Shown: positions 11,901 through 23,081 of the stretch, piece by piece
How positions within the stretch are numbered: the first letter of the stretch is position 1
Layout: each line of letters starts with the position of its first letter
Source: a virus
Virus record (IMG/VR): IMGVR_UViG_3300012943_000002
Coordinates: 36,718-100,717 of that record
DNA length: 64,000 nt
Strand: one strand, 5' to 3'
Made by a program: the position numbers and the translations under genes
Notes under the pieces: model-generated
Seen by the model: the letters and a program-made list of their open reading frames with translations, nothing else
The model's database searches: none
What the model was told of the DNA's origin: nothing

Positions 11901-14900
11901 GGACATTGATATTGATAAAGAGAATCTCTATAATCTATGGACTAGAGTTAATAAAGATGGTAAGTTTGAAGTATTAAATGAAAAACATAAAACAGAGATA
12001 TTAGATGAAGCTATTAATACTAAAGAAGGACTAATTACAGATTTAGCTAACGAATTAACTCCAGAGTATAATGAAGAAGAGATCAATGAAGATAATAAAT
12101 TAAAGAAAGCTAATTCTTCTTTTAATGAGAAACTATTACACAATAAAATTATTAAGATTACTAGAGCTGTGTATGAAAATCCTAGTAATAAAATGCAATC
12201 TAAGATTAATAAGAGCTTGGGTACTCAATATGCAGAAGATCAAGCTAATTTTATTAATAGTCTTATTAGTGATAAAGATAAGAATGAAATATGGTCTCCT
12301 TTATCTACTGAATATCAGAAGGAAGCTATGCTTATGGGAGCTAGTGGTAAAATAGGCAAAGGTATATATTCATTAGACGTAGTAGGTCACTCTCTATTTC
12401 AACAGGCTAAATCTAATGGTAGACCATTAATCCTAAGAGAAGCAATAATAGAAGATGAAAATACTAAATATATAGATAAGGTATTTAAGTTTGGTAATGT
12501 ACAATCTACTGGTATTATGGGTAGCTCTATGACTATAGATGGAGATAGAAGTAATTCAGAAGTAATCTCAGAAAGACAGAACATTGCAGTAGATAATGCA
12601 TCTTTAAATGTAATGGGTAAGGTAAATCTTAATAACCTTACTATGAATGTAGATAAAGTATTTATACATCAAGGTATAGATAAAGGAGATAAAGTAGATA
12701 TAGGAGATGGAAAAATCGTAGATTCAATTCCCTTTTTATTCCTAAGCCAGCCCATAATTAGAGAATATGTAAGAAATATGCAGAATGGTGGTTCTATTAT
12801 GGCTAAATATGATAAGAATAAAGAAGCTAAAATAATTGATAGTCTTATTAGAAAATATGATCCTAGAGAAGTAGAAGAACTTGAAGATAACTATGATGAA
12901 CTTATGTCAAGTCAAATGACTAACAGTAATTTTATAGAAGCTATTAAATCAGAAGCTCCTAATGGTAAATTGCAAGCAGCAGTACTTAGAAGATTCCTAG
13001 AAATGAAAACTTATGGTGAAAAGATAGGTAAAATAGAATCTGCTATTAACTTTAAGAATAATAGTTTAGGTAAATCATTCTTTGATGTTATAGAGAAAAA
13101 AAATACTATAAATGGATTAGGCTATCCATCAGGTATAATTATTAATGCAGATACTTTAATAGGAGATTATATAGATAAAGCCAATGTAGAAGAAGCTCCA
13201 GAAGGATATACTCTTATGGGAAATTTCTATGTAAAACCTAATACAGTTATGGGGGCTTTTAATGTAAAAGCTACTATGACAGCTTATAATCTATGGAGAA
13301 GGTATTTTCCTTATGATACTGATATAATGCAGAATATATTTAAACAAGTAATAGACAATGTAGGTTCAGAAGATATGTCATCTACTAGAGTTGTAGAAAC
13401 TAAACAAGAAGTATTTAGACATATTAAAAAATACCTATCTAGTTCTAATAAAAATGGTATAGTTTCTAATACAGATAATGTAAATAGAGAAAGAGAGAGA
13501 TTATATATAGATAGTGATACTAATACATCATTAGCTAAGTATATGCAACAACTAATGCAGACTAGTGGAAATGATGTAATAGATAGGTATATAAAAACTA
13601 ATATGCTATTAAATAGTTTTGAATATAAAATTAATAAGGATGGACAACCTTCTTTAATTAAATATAATAATGCTTCTGGAGAACAATTTGATGAACAATA
13701 TTTATATGAAGGTCTTACACAGTTATTAATAAAGAATGGTAGAAATGGAACTTTAGAGCTACCACAGATAGGTAATAAGAAGTATACATTAGATACTTTA
13801 GCTCAAGATTTAATAGCTTATACTTACTTAGGAAATTCCACACAGGAAGCTATACAATTTGCAAAGTATATTCCTGTATCATATCTTAATATAGTAGGAT
13901 ACTCTAATTGGGTTAGTAATAATCTTGAAAGGTCTTTAGGTTTATCTATTAATGTAGCAAATCCAGAGAATCAGGAACATTTATTAAATGAATTTCCAAT
14001 GCAGTATGTACAACATACTGCCAATAAAGTTAAGACTAAATATGATAATGATAATTGGGATAAAAAAACTAAAGAACAAACTTACACTGGAAAACATTCA
14101 TTAGATAATCTTCAAACATTTAAGCTAGTAGATTATGAGAGTCCAGCTTTTGTTTCCATATACAATCAGTTTGGCAAAACTAAAAAAGATAAACAACAGC
14201 TATACTGGTTTGATGGTAATAAATATACTAGAGTAGCTACTTTGGGTACTTTTGGTATGGATGAGTATCAACTAGGTCAAGGTATAGGTACTAGTATTAT
14301 AAATGGTAATGTTAAACTACAGATACAGCCTCAACAATCTTCTGGAACTATAGTAGAACAGCAGAGAGATGTTGATCCTTTTAAAGTAGCATCTAAGAAT
14401 ATAGAGACTGTACTACAGAGTATTGTAGATAGTAATATAGCAGGATATTCAGAGTTAGCTACTCATCTAGCTCCATTTGTAGGAGAAACTAAAATAGACA
14501 CTGCTACAGGTTTAGCAGGTAAAACTAACTTTTATGGAGTATATTTAGGTGATGAGGATACAATATATATTAATAATAAGAACTTACAGAATAAGAACTT
14601 AGAAGAAAGAGCTAGAGTAATTCTAGAAGAGGTTACTCATAGCCTGACTGTAAATCAGATTAATAAATATATTACTCAAAATCCAAATGGTTCAGTAGAT
14701 GTACAGCTAAATGCTCCTGCTTATGTGAGTGATATAGTTAGACTATATAATAATGTAAGGTCTAAAGTAGATACACAAGAGCTACAAGATGTACTTAGGA
14801 AAGTTAATTCTAATAGTAATATCACTAAAGATGAATTAATGACTAAATATGGACTAATAAATATATATGAGTTCATGGCTCACACTTTTACCAACAAAGA

Positions 14901-15225
14901 TTTTCAAAAATACCTCGCCAGAGACGAATTTAAGCAGTCAGGGAAAACTTTTCTCGAAAGATTCAAGGCTATCGTCCTTGATTTATTGAATAAAATGGGA
15001 ATTAATTTCTCAAATGATACTGCTACAGTTCAGGCTTTTAATAGTATCTTCGAGTTTGTAGAAAATGAGAATGATAAGTCAAATATCAGTAAAGAGAATC
15101 AGAAGATGAAGGATGATGTAGACAATTTTGAGGAGGATACTTTCTTTAATGATGAAGAACCTAATTTTAGCCCTACCACTTTCCCCAATAAGACACTTAA
15201 TATCATAGAAGAAAAATGTATATAA
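2962..15225 (+). CDS. Giant virion RNA polymerase (crAss-like, two-barrel) with C-terminal zincin-like domain; one in-frame TAA at 3394-3396
   Basis: GLDIDIDK (DxDxD, 11902-11916) preceded by FRIPTSGHQS; ORFs 2962..3396 and 3484..15225 share a frame and only one TAA separates them. Confidence 0.9.
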
Positions 15226-15226
15226 T

Positions 15227-18200
15227 ATGCCATGCTCTAGAGATGTAGAAAAAGCTATACTGGATAAGGTTTTCGATGAATTAACTGATAGAAGATATAC
15301 TTTTACCAGAGTAATGGATGATACTGTACAGATAAATGGTGTAGTAGATAATCCTAGGACTAAAGCTACTAGAAGAGATATATCTAAAGCTATAGCTAAG
15401 GAATTAGTAGAAAGAACTAAACAATCTTTTCAAGGACAAGTAAGAGGTACTATTAATGACAGATCAGTATATGATCCTATTACAGTTACATTTAGTGTAA
15501 ACCCTGCTTACACTCAATATGAATTTAATAAATTAATTAATCCTACAATAGGTGATAATACCTTATTATCTGCTAGTTTAAATGATGAGGAAGAAAGAGA
15601 TGATGTAAACAATAATACTGGGCCTAATAATAGAGATAATAATAATGATAATATATTTGCAGGTATAACTGAAAAATATATACAACATAAAACTATTCAG
15701 TTAGGAAATTATAAAGAGCAGTTAGGAATTATAAAAGGGCAGAAGAAAGTAGTAGGTATTAGTAAAGAGAGATTAGAAGCTTTAAATAAGAAAGAGAGAG
15801 AATTAAAGTTACTTATAAGTGGTAATGAGGAAATAGGAGTAAAAGGACTTGAGGATGAATTAGAGGAGATGAGGACTAAAGCCAAACCTGTTAGCTACTA
15901 TATGGAAAAGGATTTAGATAGATTAAATGAATTATCTAAATCTAACAAGATTGAAGATATTACAGAGGCTAATAGAATAATACAGTTTATAGAAAATTCA
16001 GGTAAATTTGATAGTAGTAATACTAATCCATTTTTTGATAGAGATGATATTTTTGAAACTAATGAAGATGGAGAGTATACTAGTACATATAAGATAGATG
16101 AAGATACCAGAAATGCTTTTGGAAAATGGGCAACTAAAGCAGTAGGATTTAAAAATATAGTTGAAGAAAGAGAAAAAGAATTATCTGAAATAAATATAAA
16201 TGATAATCCCCTAATTAAACAAACCTACGGAGACAAAAAACAAAAGTATAAAGATGTATTTCATACAGAAGAAGGTTTAAGGGATACAGACTGGTTTTCT
16301 ATGTGGTTCTTAGACCCTACTCATGGATTAGCTTCACATAATGGTTTAATTCCACAAGTTGCTATGTCTAATCTAATAGAAGCTACAGAAGCTAAGGAAA
16401 GATGGAGTAGAGAGATGAGTGATTATATAGATAATAATGAAGCAGCTATAAAGAAAGAATTAATTAGACTAGGGCATGATGTAAATAAATTAGGTATAAC
16501 AGGTGTAAAGTCTGCCAGTTTTAATCTATTTAAAAGAGTAAGTAAAGAAGGAAATGAAAGCCATGATTTAGTTCAAAGAGAAACAAAGGAATATGCTGAT
16601 GAAAGAAGTAGAAAGCTATACATATTTGATAAGGCTTTCAAGAGAGCTATGTCATATACTGATTATGAACAGAGAAATAAAGGCATAAGTAAAGCTTTTG
16701 AAGAGCTTAAAAAGTGGAGAAGAGAATCTAGTATTATGGTTGATCCTAGTAGATTAACAGATGAAGACTATAAGAAAAAGTTAATTAATCTACTTGGAGA
16801 AAAAGGGTATAATGAAGTGGTTGTAGAACAGGAAAAAGCTATCACTAATTATAATTCTTATAGACAAAGTAGTATAGAGACCTTATTAGCTAGAGAGAAT
16901 GTAAATAGTTACGATGAGCTATCAGATAAAGCTAAGAATAGTATAAAAGAATGGGAAGTTTCCTATAGTCCAGAAAATGGATACAAAGATTATAATTCAG
17001 TAGGTGGATTATATTTTGGAGATAAGAAAAGAGGTCACTTTAATACCTACAATATTTTTATACCTAGAAAATTTAAAGCAGAAATAGCAGCTAATATTGA
17101 TGAAGATAGGTATAGTATAACAGATACCAAGCAAGAAACAGGAAATTGGGATAAGAATTTTGAAGAAATACAATCTAGCCCTATACTAGCTGATTTTTAT
17201 AGTAAACTTAAAGAGTTCTGTGAAGTAATATATGAAAATTTACCTTATGATCTACAGGAAAGAACTAGTATGTATACACTTCCGGGTATAATGAAAACTA
17301 CTGCTGAAATAGTTAATAGTAATACAGAGACTACAGGTATGTTAAGTAGGGTATCTAAGGCTTATCAAACTATAATGGATAGATTTAGAACTAGTTTTGG
17401 AGTAGTGAAACAAGGAAATATAAGTTATTTAACGGAAGACCCTGTGACAGGAAAGAAAAACTATAAAGTTAATGATAGTTTTTTAAGAAACAATTCTAGA
17501 GCTATAGATGATAGAAAATTAATAGAGAATACTAAATTCTTACAGGCTTTTAATTCTGATAAACTAGTTCCTCTAGATAAAATAAAGAAGTCTACTTCTT
17601 TATTGTTATCTCAATTTAATACTTCTTGTTTAATACAATTAGCTCAATATCTTCATGTTGATGTAGCAGGACAATTACAGATGAGTAATGTAGACGCTAT
17701 TAGGGCTAAATTAGATAAGACCTCTGATGGTAATGACTATATAGTAGATATAGGAAGACTAATACATGATTTTTCTGTACATTCTGTAGTACAATCTCAA
17801 TCATTTGATTTACCTAAGTTAATGAAATATTTCTCTGAAATGACAATGGCTTATGCAGCTAGGAGAGAAGCACTCCCTATAAATGAAATACTAAAGAAAC
17901 ATTATAATAGAATACAATCTCCAGATACTAATAATGTAGGAGAGACATTATGGAATAGAATTACTGGTAAAAAAGGACAAGAAGTAGCTAAGGTAGGTGT
18001 CAGAACTGGAGCTATGAGACAGTTTGATAACTGGTTTGAAAGAGTATTACTAGATAACTATGGAAGTAAGCATGTGGGAGTATATGGTAAAGAAAATGGA
18101 CCAAATGGTAAAATACCATTTTTAGGTAAGACTATATATACTACAGAAGAGAGACAAAAGTATAATGAATTACAAGAATTAATTAGGGAAGAAGAGAATG

Positions 18201-19945
18201 ACAAAACTAGGAAGGAACTTATAAATACTAGAGATAGTCTAGGTAAAACCAGAACAGCTACAGCAGCTATAGATAACTTTTTAAACTGGATTAGGACTTT
18301 AAGGTTAGGTTATAACCTATCTTCTATGGCTACTAACTTCTTACAGGGAGTTACTTCTAATATGATTCTAGGAGCTTCTGATGAATATTTTGATCCCAAA
18401 GAATTATTTTATGGCTACAGAGTTATGAAATGGTCTTTTGCTAAGAATATTACATTTGGCTACCTTGAACATCCATTGGCTAAAAAGAATAGATCATTAG
18501 TAGAGAAGTTTAATATTATTATTGATAATAGAAACGAGTTACAAAAGAGCTACTCTAATAAAATACTAAATGCAGCTAATCCTTATGCAGGTAATCAAAG
18601 AGTTGAATATATGAATCAAAGTCCTCTTATGATAGCTGTTCTTAGGACTTTGAAAATAAAGGATAAGGCTGGAAATGAGAGTAGTGTATGGGATGCTTAT
18701 AATAGTGATGGACATCTTAAAGATGAGTTTCAAACACCTGAAAACACTAAGAATTGGGAAGCTTTAGATGGAGATCAATATAAAGCTTTCAAACAGAAAG
18801 TCAATGGTTTAATTACTCTAGGACATGGTAACTATGATAAACTAAGAGGTATGATGGTTAAATCTAATTCTATGGGTAAAGCAGGTATGATGTTTAAGAC
18901 ATGGCTACCAGAAGCAGTTTATTGGAGATTTGGAAATCCTCAAGATAATATATTTTTAGGTAAACAAGGAACTAAAGGTATATATAGAAGTCATAATCCT
19001 GGAAGTGGACTAGTACATGGAGCTGTAGTAGGAGCTGCTATGTTTGGTCCAGTAGGCTCTCTTATAGGTGGTGCTTTAGGACTAGGAGCAGCAGCAGGAT
19101 TTGGTACTTCTTCTGGAGTAGGTTTACTTAAAGAGACTCTTGAAGCTACTAGACTACTAGTTAAGAAAGCTATAGGTATGCCAGTAAATCTTATAACTGG
19201 AAAACAAATAATAAATCTTCATCAAAAACAATTCTTTGGTAAAGGAGAATATTTTGATTATGTAGGTAAAGGTCAGAAATTTACTATACAAGATAGCAAG
19301 AATTTACAAGCTAATATGGCTGATATTGGATTACAGTTGATGTGGTTAGGATTAATATTAGCCGTTAAACATTTCTTTTGGGATGACGATGATGACCCAC
19401 AGGACAATGAAAGAATAGCACATAATATTTTAATGAATAACTTAATGAATTTAGGTTCACAGGCTTCCATGTATACAAATCCTGTAGCTTTTAAAGCTAA
19501 TACTATAGAGAGTATAGCAGTGATAGACTATTTAAAACAGGTTGGTAAGGAAGCAGATAAAGTACAGAATTGGTTTAATGGACAGGATATTATACAATCT
19601 GGTAGTGATGCTGGTCACTCTGCATTGGCTATACAAAGTAAAAAAATATTACTTCCGGGTATATTTAAAGATACTAGATTAGGATTTAAAGCAGCAGGAG
19701 AAAGAGTATATCCTCAAGAAAGTCCCTATCATAAATACTTTCATAACGAAGAACATGATGAAAAGGATAGTAATAAGAGAGCTAGAGCTGAAAGGAGAGC
19801 TGAGTTATTAGAAAGTGATGAATATAAAGATATGAATAAACTAAGTGATGATGAACAAAAAGAGAAGAAAAAAGCCATACAGAAGATCATAGATGAAGAA
19901 TTACCTACACCTAGTATGATTAAAAAACAGAAAGAAAAAGAGTAA
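15227..19945 (+). CDS. Large virion-ejected protein (1572 aa) with C-terminal glycine-zipper and hydrophobic segments
   Basis: Follows RNAP with a 1-nt gap; GLVHGAVVGAAMFGPVGSLIGGALGLGAAAGFG and LQLMWLGLILAVKHFF segments. Confidence 0.7.
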   Translation: MPCSRDVEKAILDKVFDELTDRRYTFTRVMDDTVQINGVVDNPRTKATRRDISKAIAKELVERTKQSFQGQVRGTINDRSVYDPITVTFSVNPAYTQYEFNKLINPTIGDNTLLSASLNDEEERDDVNNNTGPNNRDNNNDNIFAGITEKYIQHKTIQLGNYKEQLGIIKGQKKVVGISKERLEALNKKERELKLLISGNEEIGVKGLEDELEEMRTKAKPVSYYMEKDLDRLNELSKSNKIEDITEANRIIQFIENSGKFDSSNTNPFFDRDDIFETNEDGEYTSTYKIDEDTRNAFGKWATKAVGFKNIVEEREKELSEININDNPLIKQTYGDKKQKYKDVFHTEEGLRDTDWFSMWFLDPTHGLASHNGLIPQVAMSNLIEATEAKERWSREMSDYIDNNEAAIKKELIRLGHDVNKLGITGVKSASFNLFKRVSKEGNESHDLVQRETKEYADERSRKLYIFDKAFKRAMSYTDYEQRNKGISKAFEELKKWRRESSIMVDPSRLTDEDYKKKLINLLGEKGYNEVVVEQEKAITNYNSYRQSSIETLLARENVNSYDELSDKAKNSIKEWEVSYSPENGYKDYNSVGGLYFGDKKRGHFNTYNIFIPRKFKAEIAANIDEDRYSITDTKQETGNWDKNFEEIQSSPILADFYSKLKEFCEVIYENLPYDLQERTSMYTLPGIMKTTAEIVNSNTETTGMLSRVSKAYQTIMDRFRTSFGVVKQGNISYLTEDPVTGKKNYKVNDSFLRNNSRAIDDRKLIENTKFLQAFNSDKLVPLDKIKKSTSLLLSQFNTSCLIQLAQYLHVDVAGQLQMSNVDAIRAKLDKTSDGNDYIVDIGRLIHDFSVHSVVQSQSFDLPKLMKYFSEMTMAYAARREALPINEILKKHYNRIQSPDTNNVGETLWNRITGKKGQEVAKVGVRTGAMRQFDNWFERVLLDNYGSKHVGVYGKENGPNGKIPFLGKTIYTTEERQKYNELQELIREEENDKTRKELINTRDSLGKTRTATAAIDNFLNWIRTLRLGYNLSSMATNFLQGVTSNMILGASDEYFDPKELFYGYRVMKWSFAKNITFGYLEHPLAKKNRSLVEKFNIIIDNRNELQKSYSNKILNAANPYAGNQRVEYMNQSPLMIAVLRTLKIKDKAGNESSVWDAYNSDGHLKDEFQTPENTKNWEALDGDQYKAFKQKVNGLITLGHGNYDKLRGMMVKSNSMGKAGMMFKTWLPEAVYWRFGNPQDNIFLGKQGTKGIYRSHNPGSGLVHGAVVGAAMFGPVGSLIGGALGLGAAAGFGTSSGVGLLKETLEATRLLVKKAIGMPVNLITGKQIINLHQKQFFGKGEYFDYVGKGQKFTIQDSKNLQANMADIGLQLMWLGLILAVKHFFWDDDDDPQDNERIAHNILMNNLMNLGSQASMYTNPVAFKANTIESIAVIDYLKQVGKEADKVQNWFNGQDIIQSGSDAGHSALAIQSKKILLPGIFKDTRLGFKAAGERVYPQESPYHKYFHNEEHDEKDSNKRARAERRAELLESDEYKDMNKLSDDEQKEKKKAIQKIIDEELPTPSMIKKQKEKE

Positions 19946-19963
19946 TGGTAATGTAAATTTTTT

Positions 19964-19995
19964 AAAAACCCACTAAACTTAATTAGTGGGTTTTT
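19964..19995. terminator. Bidirectional intrinsic terminator between convergent gene blocks
   Basis: aaaaacccactaa...ttagtgggttttt perfect 13-bp inverted repeat with A/T tails at the +/- convergence. Confidence 0.85.
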
Positions 19996-20227
19996 CTTTA
20001 TCTATAGTTAATAAAGCTCCGGGATTTATTATAGTAGGTACTTTCTTCTCATTTACAAACTTAGCTATCTTATCGTATATAGGTTTTAATTCCTGTCTAT
20101 CCATTAAATCTGCGTAAGTATAAAGAGTACGAATTGAAAAAGCAAAGTCTTCTAGTTCCCATATAGTCCACAACCCCGGAGGTTTAGATTTAACATCTTT
20201 TATAAACCTCTCTATTATAATATTCAT
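19979..20227 (-). CDS. Hypothetical protein
   Basis: ORF in tightly packed operon. Confidence 0.6.
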   Translation of the reverse strand: MNIIIERFIKDVKSKPPGLWTIWELEDFAFSIRTLYTYADLMDRQELKPIYDKIAKFVNEKKVPTIINPGALLTIDKEKPTN

Positions 20228-20538
20228 TCTGCTTCTGTTTTACTATTATAGACTTCTCTTAATGAACTAAACTCTTCTCCTGTATCTATATTGAAATAAT
20301 GACCACATCTCATATTAGGGCATTTACCTAGCTTTAGATTATCCTCTGTAGTTAATACTTCTAAAGCAGTAAAATTACTTCTATTAAACTCAGTCCATCC
20401 ATATAGAGCAGCTATTTTATCTAGTTCATAGTCTGATTTGCCTGAAAAAGTCTCTATTTTTCTTAATACATTTCTTATATCCCCCATATTCCAATCTGTA
20501 TCACAATTAGGACATTTTCCATATTTGTCTAATGGCAT
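20224..20538 (-). CDS. Putative zinc-binding protein
   Basis: CPNC and CPNMRC cysteine pairs. Confidence 0.6.
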   Translation of the reverse strand: MPLDKYGKCPNCDTDWNMGDIRNVLRKIETFSGKSDYELDKIAALYGWTEFNRSNFTALEVLTTEDNLKLGKCPNMRCGHYFNIDTGEEFSSLREVYNSKTEAE

Positions 20539-20542
20539 TATT

Positions 20543-20764
20543 TTAAGATTTAATTTTCTTTAAAGTACTTTTCTCTATATAATGTAGTCCTTGCATAGGA
20601 TAATCACTTTCTCCCAATATGTGAAATCTAAGTTTACTACCATCATTCATTCTAGTTTCTGCCAATAGTATCTCTTCTAACACTTCATGTTCAAGTAATA
20701 AGTGATTATTTATTACTTTTACCACAATATGTACTACTCCTATACCTTCTTCTATGCTACCCAT
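20543..20764 (-). CDS. Hypothetical protein
   Basis: ORF coupled to neighbours. Confidence 0.55.
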   Translation of the reverse strand: MGSIEEGIGVVHIVVKVINNHLLLEHEVLEEILLAETRMNDGSKLRFHILGESDYPMQGLHYIEKSTLKKIKS

Positions 20765-21033
20765 TATTTCTTATGTTTAGTAGTATCAGATTTAGGTTTT
20801 GCTGGAGTAGGAGGAGGAGCTAGCTGTGTATTGGCTTGTACTTGTATATCGTTTATAAGCTGTGCTGATTCTTCATAAGGAAGTTTAGACAAAGCTTTTA
20901 AAACTACATTTACCTGTGGTACAGTCATTTTAATACTAACAGTTTGATCTTGATTATTAGTAGGTGGTATAAATGCAAAAATAGTTATACTTGCTATTAC
21001 CAATATAGCAAAACCATAGATTAAATTTCTCAT
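20764..21033 (-). CDS. Small exported or membrane-anchored protein
   Basis: N-terminal hydrophobic segment, Pro-rich C-terminus. Confidence 0.6.
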   Translation of the reverse strand: MRNLIYGFAILVIASITIFAFIPPTNNQDQTVSIKMTVPQVNVVLKALSKLPYEESAQLINDIQVQANTQLAPPPTPAKPKSDTTKHKK

Positions 21034-21053
21034 GTTTTATTGTTTTTAATTAT

Positions 21054-21836
21054 TTAAAATTTGATAATATTATAATTAACCCCTACACCTATATATGGTC
21101 TAGGTCTTAAATCATAGCTTAATCCTATACCTGTACTAAATCCTATACCCCAACTTTTCTGTTTAGGTACACTTACTTGAAATGTTCTTAATACAGTAAC
21201 TTTAGAATAAGGATTATAATTAATTACATCAGCAAAAGGTACTTTCTTGTTATAGCCTAATACAATTGCATATTTATTAATTATACTAAGTTTAAAATTA
21301 GTACTGTCTACATAAGTTTTTATATCATAATCTATCCACTTATCAGAATATCTACTTTCAAAATATGGAATTATATTATTACCATGTATTACTAAATTAT
21401 TTCTATTATAGTGATTACTATCAATACTAAATATAATACCACTACTTCTTATTGTATCATTAGGAGTAGTTTTATTGATCTCAGTTTTAACAGTAGTATT
21501 AGTAACTGAACTACCAGCTTTAAGTTTATTTTTATACTCTGAAACCATTTTCTGTAGATCAACTATTTGACTATCCTTAATTTTTAAATCTATAAACTGC
21601 TTGGCAGTCTCCATTTGTAAGGCAGCCATTTCCACAGTAGTTGAAGCAGCTATATTTTTTCTTAAAGTAACAAGAGTATCATATAAAGCATTAATAAGAT
21701 TCTGTTGACTCTTCACTTCTCCTACTTTTCTATTACAACCATCTATATCTGCTATGATAGCAAGTATAGCTACTATTGAAGCAATTATCATTATAAGTAG
21801 AGAATTATCACGTTTGTCTTTTGTAACTGTTTCCAT
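21054..21836 (-). CDS. Putative spanin-like lysis protein
   Basis: N-terminal TM helix, coiled coil, C-terminal amphipathic beta-hairpin WGIGFSTGIG...YIGVGVNYNIIKF ending in F. Confidence 0.5.
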   Translation of the reverse strand: METVTKDKRDNSLLIMIIASIVAILAIIADIDGCNRKVGEVKSQQNLINALYDTLVTLRKNIAASTTVEMAALQMETAKQFIDLKIKDSQIVDLQKMVSEYKNKLKAGSSVTNTTVKTEINKTTPNDTIRSSGIIFSIDSNHYNRNNLVIHGNNIIPYFESRYSDKWIDYDIKTYVDSTNFKLSIINKYAIVLGYNKKVPFADVINYNPYSKVTVLRTFQVSVPKQKSWGIGFSTGIGLSYDLRPRPYIGVGVNYNIIKF

Positions 21837-21846
21837 ATATTTGTTT

Positions 21847-22308
21847 TTAATCTATTACTGCATGTATACCAGCGGTTACTTGTACTTGTCCCATTACATA
21901 TTTACCTATTATATAAGGTCCACTACCATTTTCTTTAATTATAGTAATTGGTAGTATTATTTTAATAGAATAACCTAATCCTTGTGAGTTTTTATCTTTA
22001 TCATCAGTACTTTTAACATTCCAATAGTATCCCATTTGAGGTACTATTAAATTATATATAGAGTAACCAACTTTTAAAGATATATAACTATTATAGTTAC
22101 CACTATTACTATTATGTACTATAGGTAAATCAAAACAACCATCCATAACTATATTATTATAATTGTATCCCCAACCAAATAAAGAAGCTACATAGGTATT
22201 ATTAGTAATATCATAACCAATTCCATTCTCGAAATATACTTTGTTTTTTTGACTTACAGCTACTATTGATATAGTAGTAGCTATAAGAATTAATATTATT
22301 TTTTTCAT
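21847..22308 (-). CDS. Small outer-membrane beta-barrel-like protein
   Basis: Signal peptide MKKIILILIATTISIVAVSQ; alternating Gly/aromatic beta-strands. Confidence 0.55.
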   Translation of the reverse strand: MKKIILILIATTISIVAVSQKNKVYFENGIGYDITNNTYVASLFGWGYNYNNIVMDGCFDLPIVHNSNSGNYNSYISLKVGYSIYNLIVPQMGYYWNVKSTDDKDKNSQGLGYSIKIILPITIIKENGSGPYIIGKYVMGQVQVTAGIHAVID

Positions 22309-22312
22309 TTGT

Positions 22313-22807
22313 TTATGTTTTTATATCTGTACTTCCAAATCCACCCTCTCCTCTTTCAGTTTCATCTAGTTCTTCTACTTCTGTAAATACAATATCTTTA
22401 TATTCAGATAATACAGCTTGTGCTACTTTATCACCTATATTTACTCTTACTGCTAATCCTCCTTTATTAATAAGAATAACTCCAATTTCTCCTCTATAGT
22501 CACTATCTATAGTACCGGGACTATTGAGTACTATTAAACCTTGTTTAATAGCATTACCACTTCTACTTCTTATTTGTAATTCGTATCCTGTTGGTATAGC
22601 TAATGAAAAACCACAGCCTACTAATAGCCTATCATTAGGCATTAAATCAATAAAACTACCTCCATCTACTAATCCTACAGGTCCATTACTTCTATATAAT
22701 ATATAACTTTTAAAATTACTAACTATTAAATCTACTCCTGCACTATATTTAGTGGCATATTTAGGTACTACTGCATTCTTATTTAATTTTTTAATCTTTA
22801 CTTTCAT
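22313..22807 (-). CDS. dut: Trimeric dUTPase
   Basis: AGVDL, RSG, GTIDSDYRGEI, AQ, RGEGGFGST motifs; likely start MKVKIKK at 22807. Confidence 0.97.
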   Translation of the reverse strand: MKVKIKKLNKNAVVPKYATKYSAGVDLIVSNFKSYILYRSNGPVGLVDGGSFIDLMPNDRLLVGCGFSLAIPTGYELQIRSRSGNAIKQGLIVLNSPGTIDSDYRGEIGVILINKGGLAVRVNIGDKVAQAVLSEYKDIVFTEVEELDETERGEGGFGSTDIKT

Positions 22808-23081
22808 TAGTCTGTTGTTTAGTATAACAAAATTTATTTGCAAATTCTTTTAGTGAGAGTTCTACTTGCATTTTAATATCTTCAAGAGTTTTACCATTCC
22901 CTTCTGGTGCACCAGCTTCTATAAAATCATAAAAAGAATGAAAATGATATAAATCTATCTCTTCTTTTATAGGTTCTGCTACTCCACAATATAACTGTCC
23001 TACATATATTCTAATAGAACCAGTTACATTATCTTCTCTATGTTCACCACTCCATTCCTTAGTCTTCTTTAACTGTATCAT
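22791..23081 (-). CDS. Hypothetical protein
   Basis: ORF in operon. Confidence 0.6.
   Translation of the reverse strand: MIQLKKTKEWSGEHREDNVTGSIRIYVGQLYCGVAEPIKEEIDLYHFHSFYDFIEAGAPEGNGKTLEDIKMQVELSLKEFANKFCYTKQQTNESKD

Noticed and set aside
2160-19470. Short ORFs inside the giant genes (2160, 3393, 5538, 6088, 11928, 12125, 12399, 19273)
   Set aside because: Antisense or off-frame shadows of long coding genes, with no recognisable motifs
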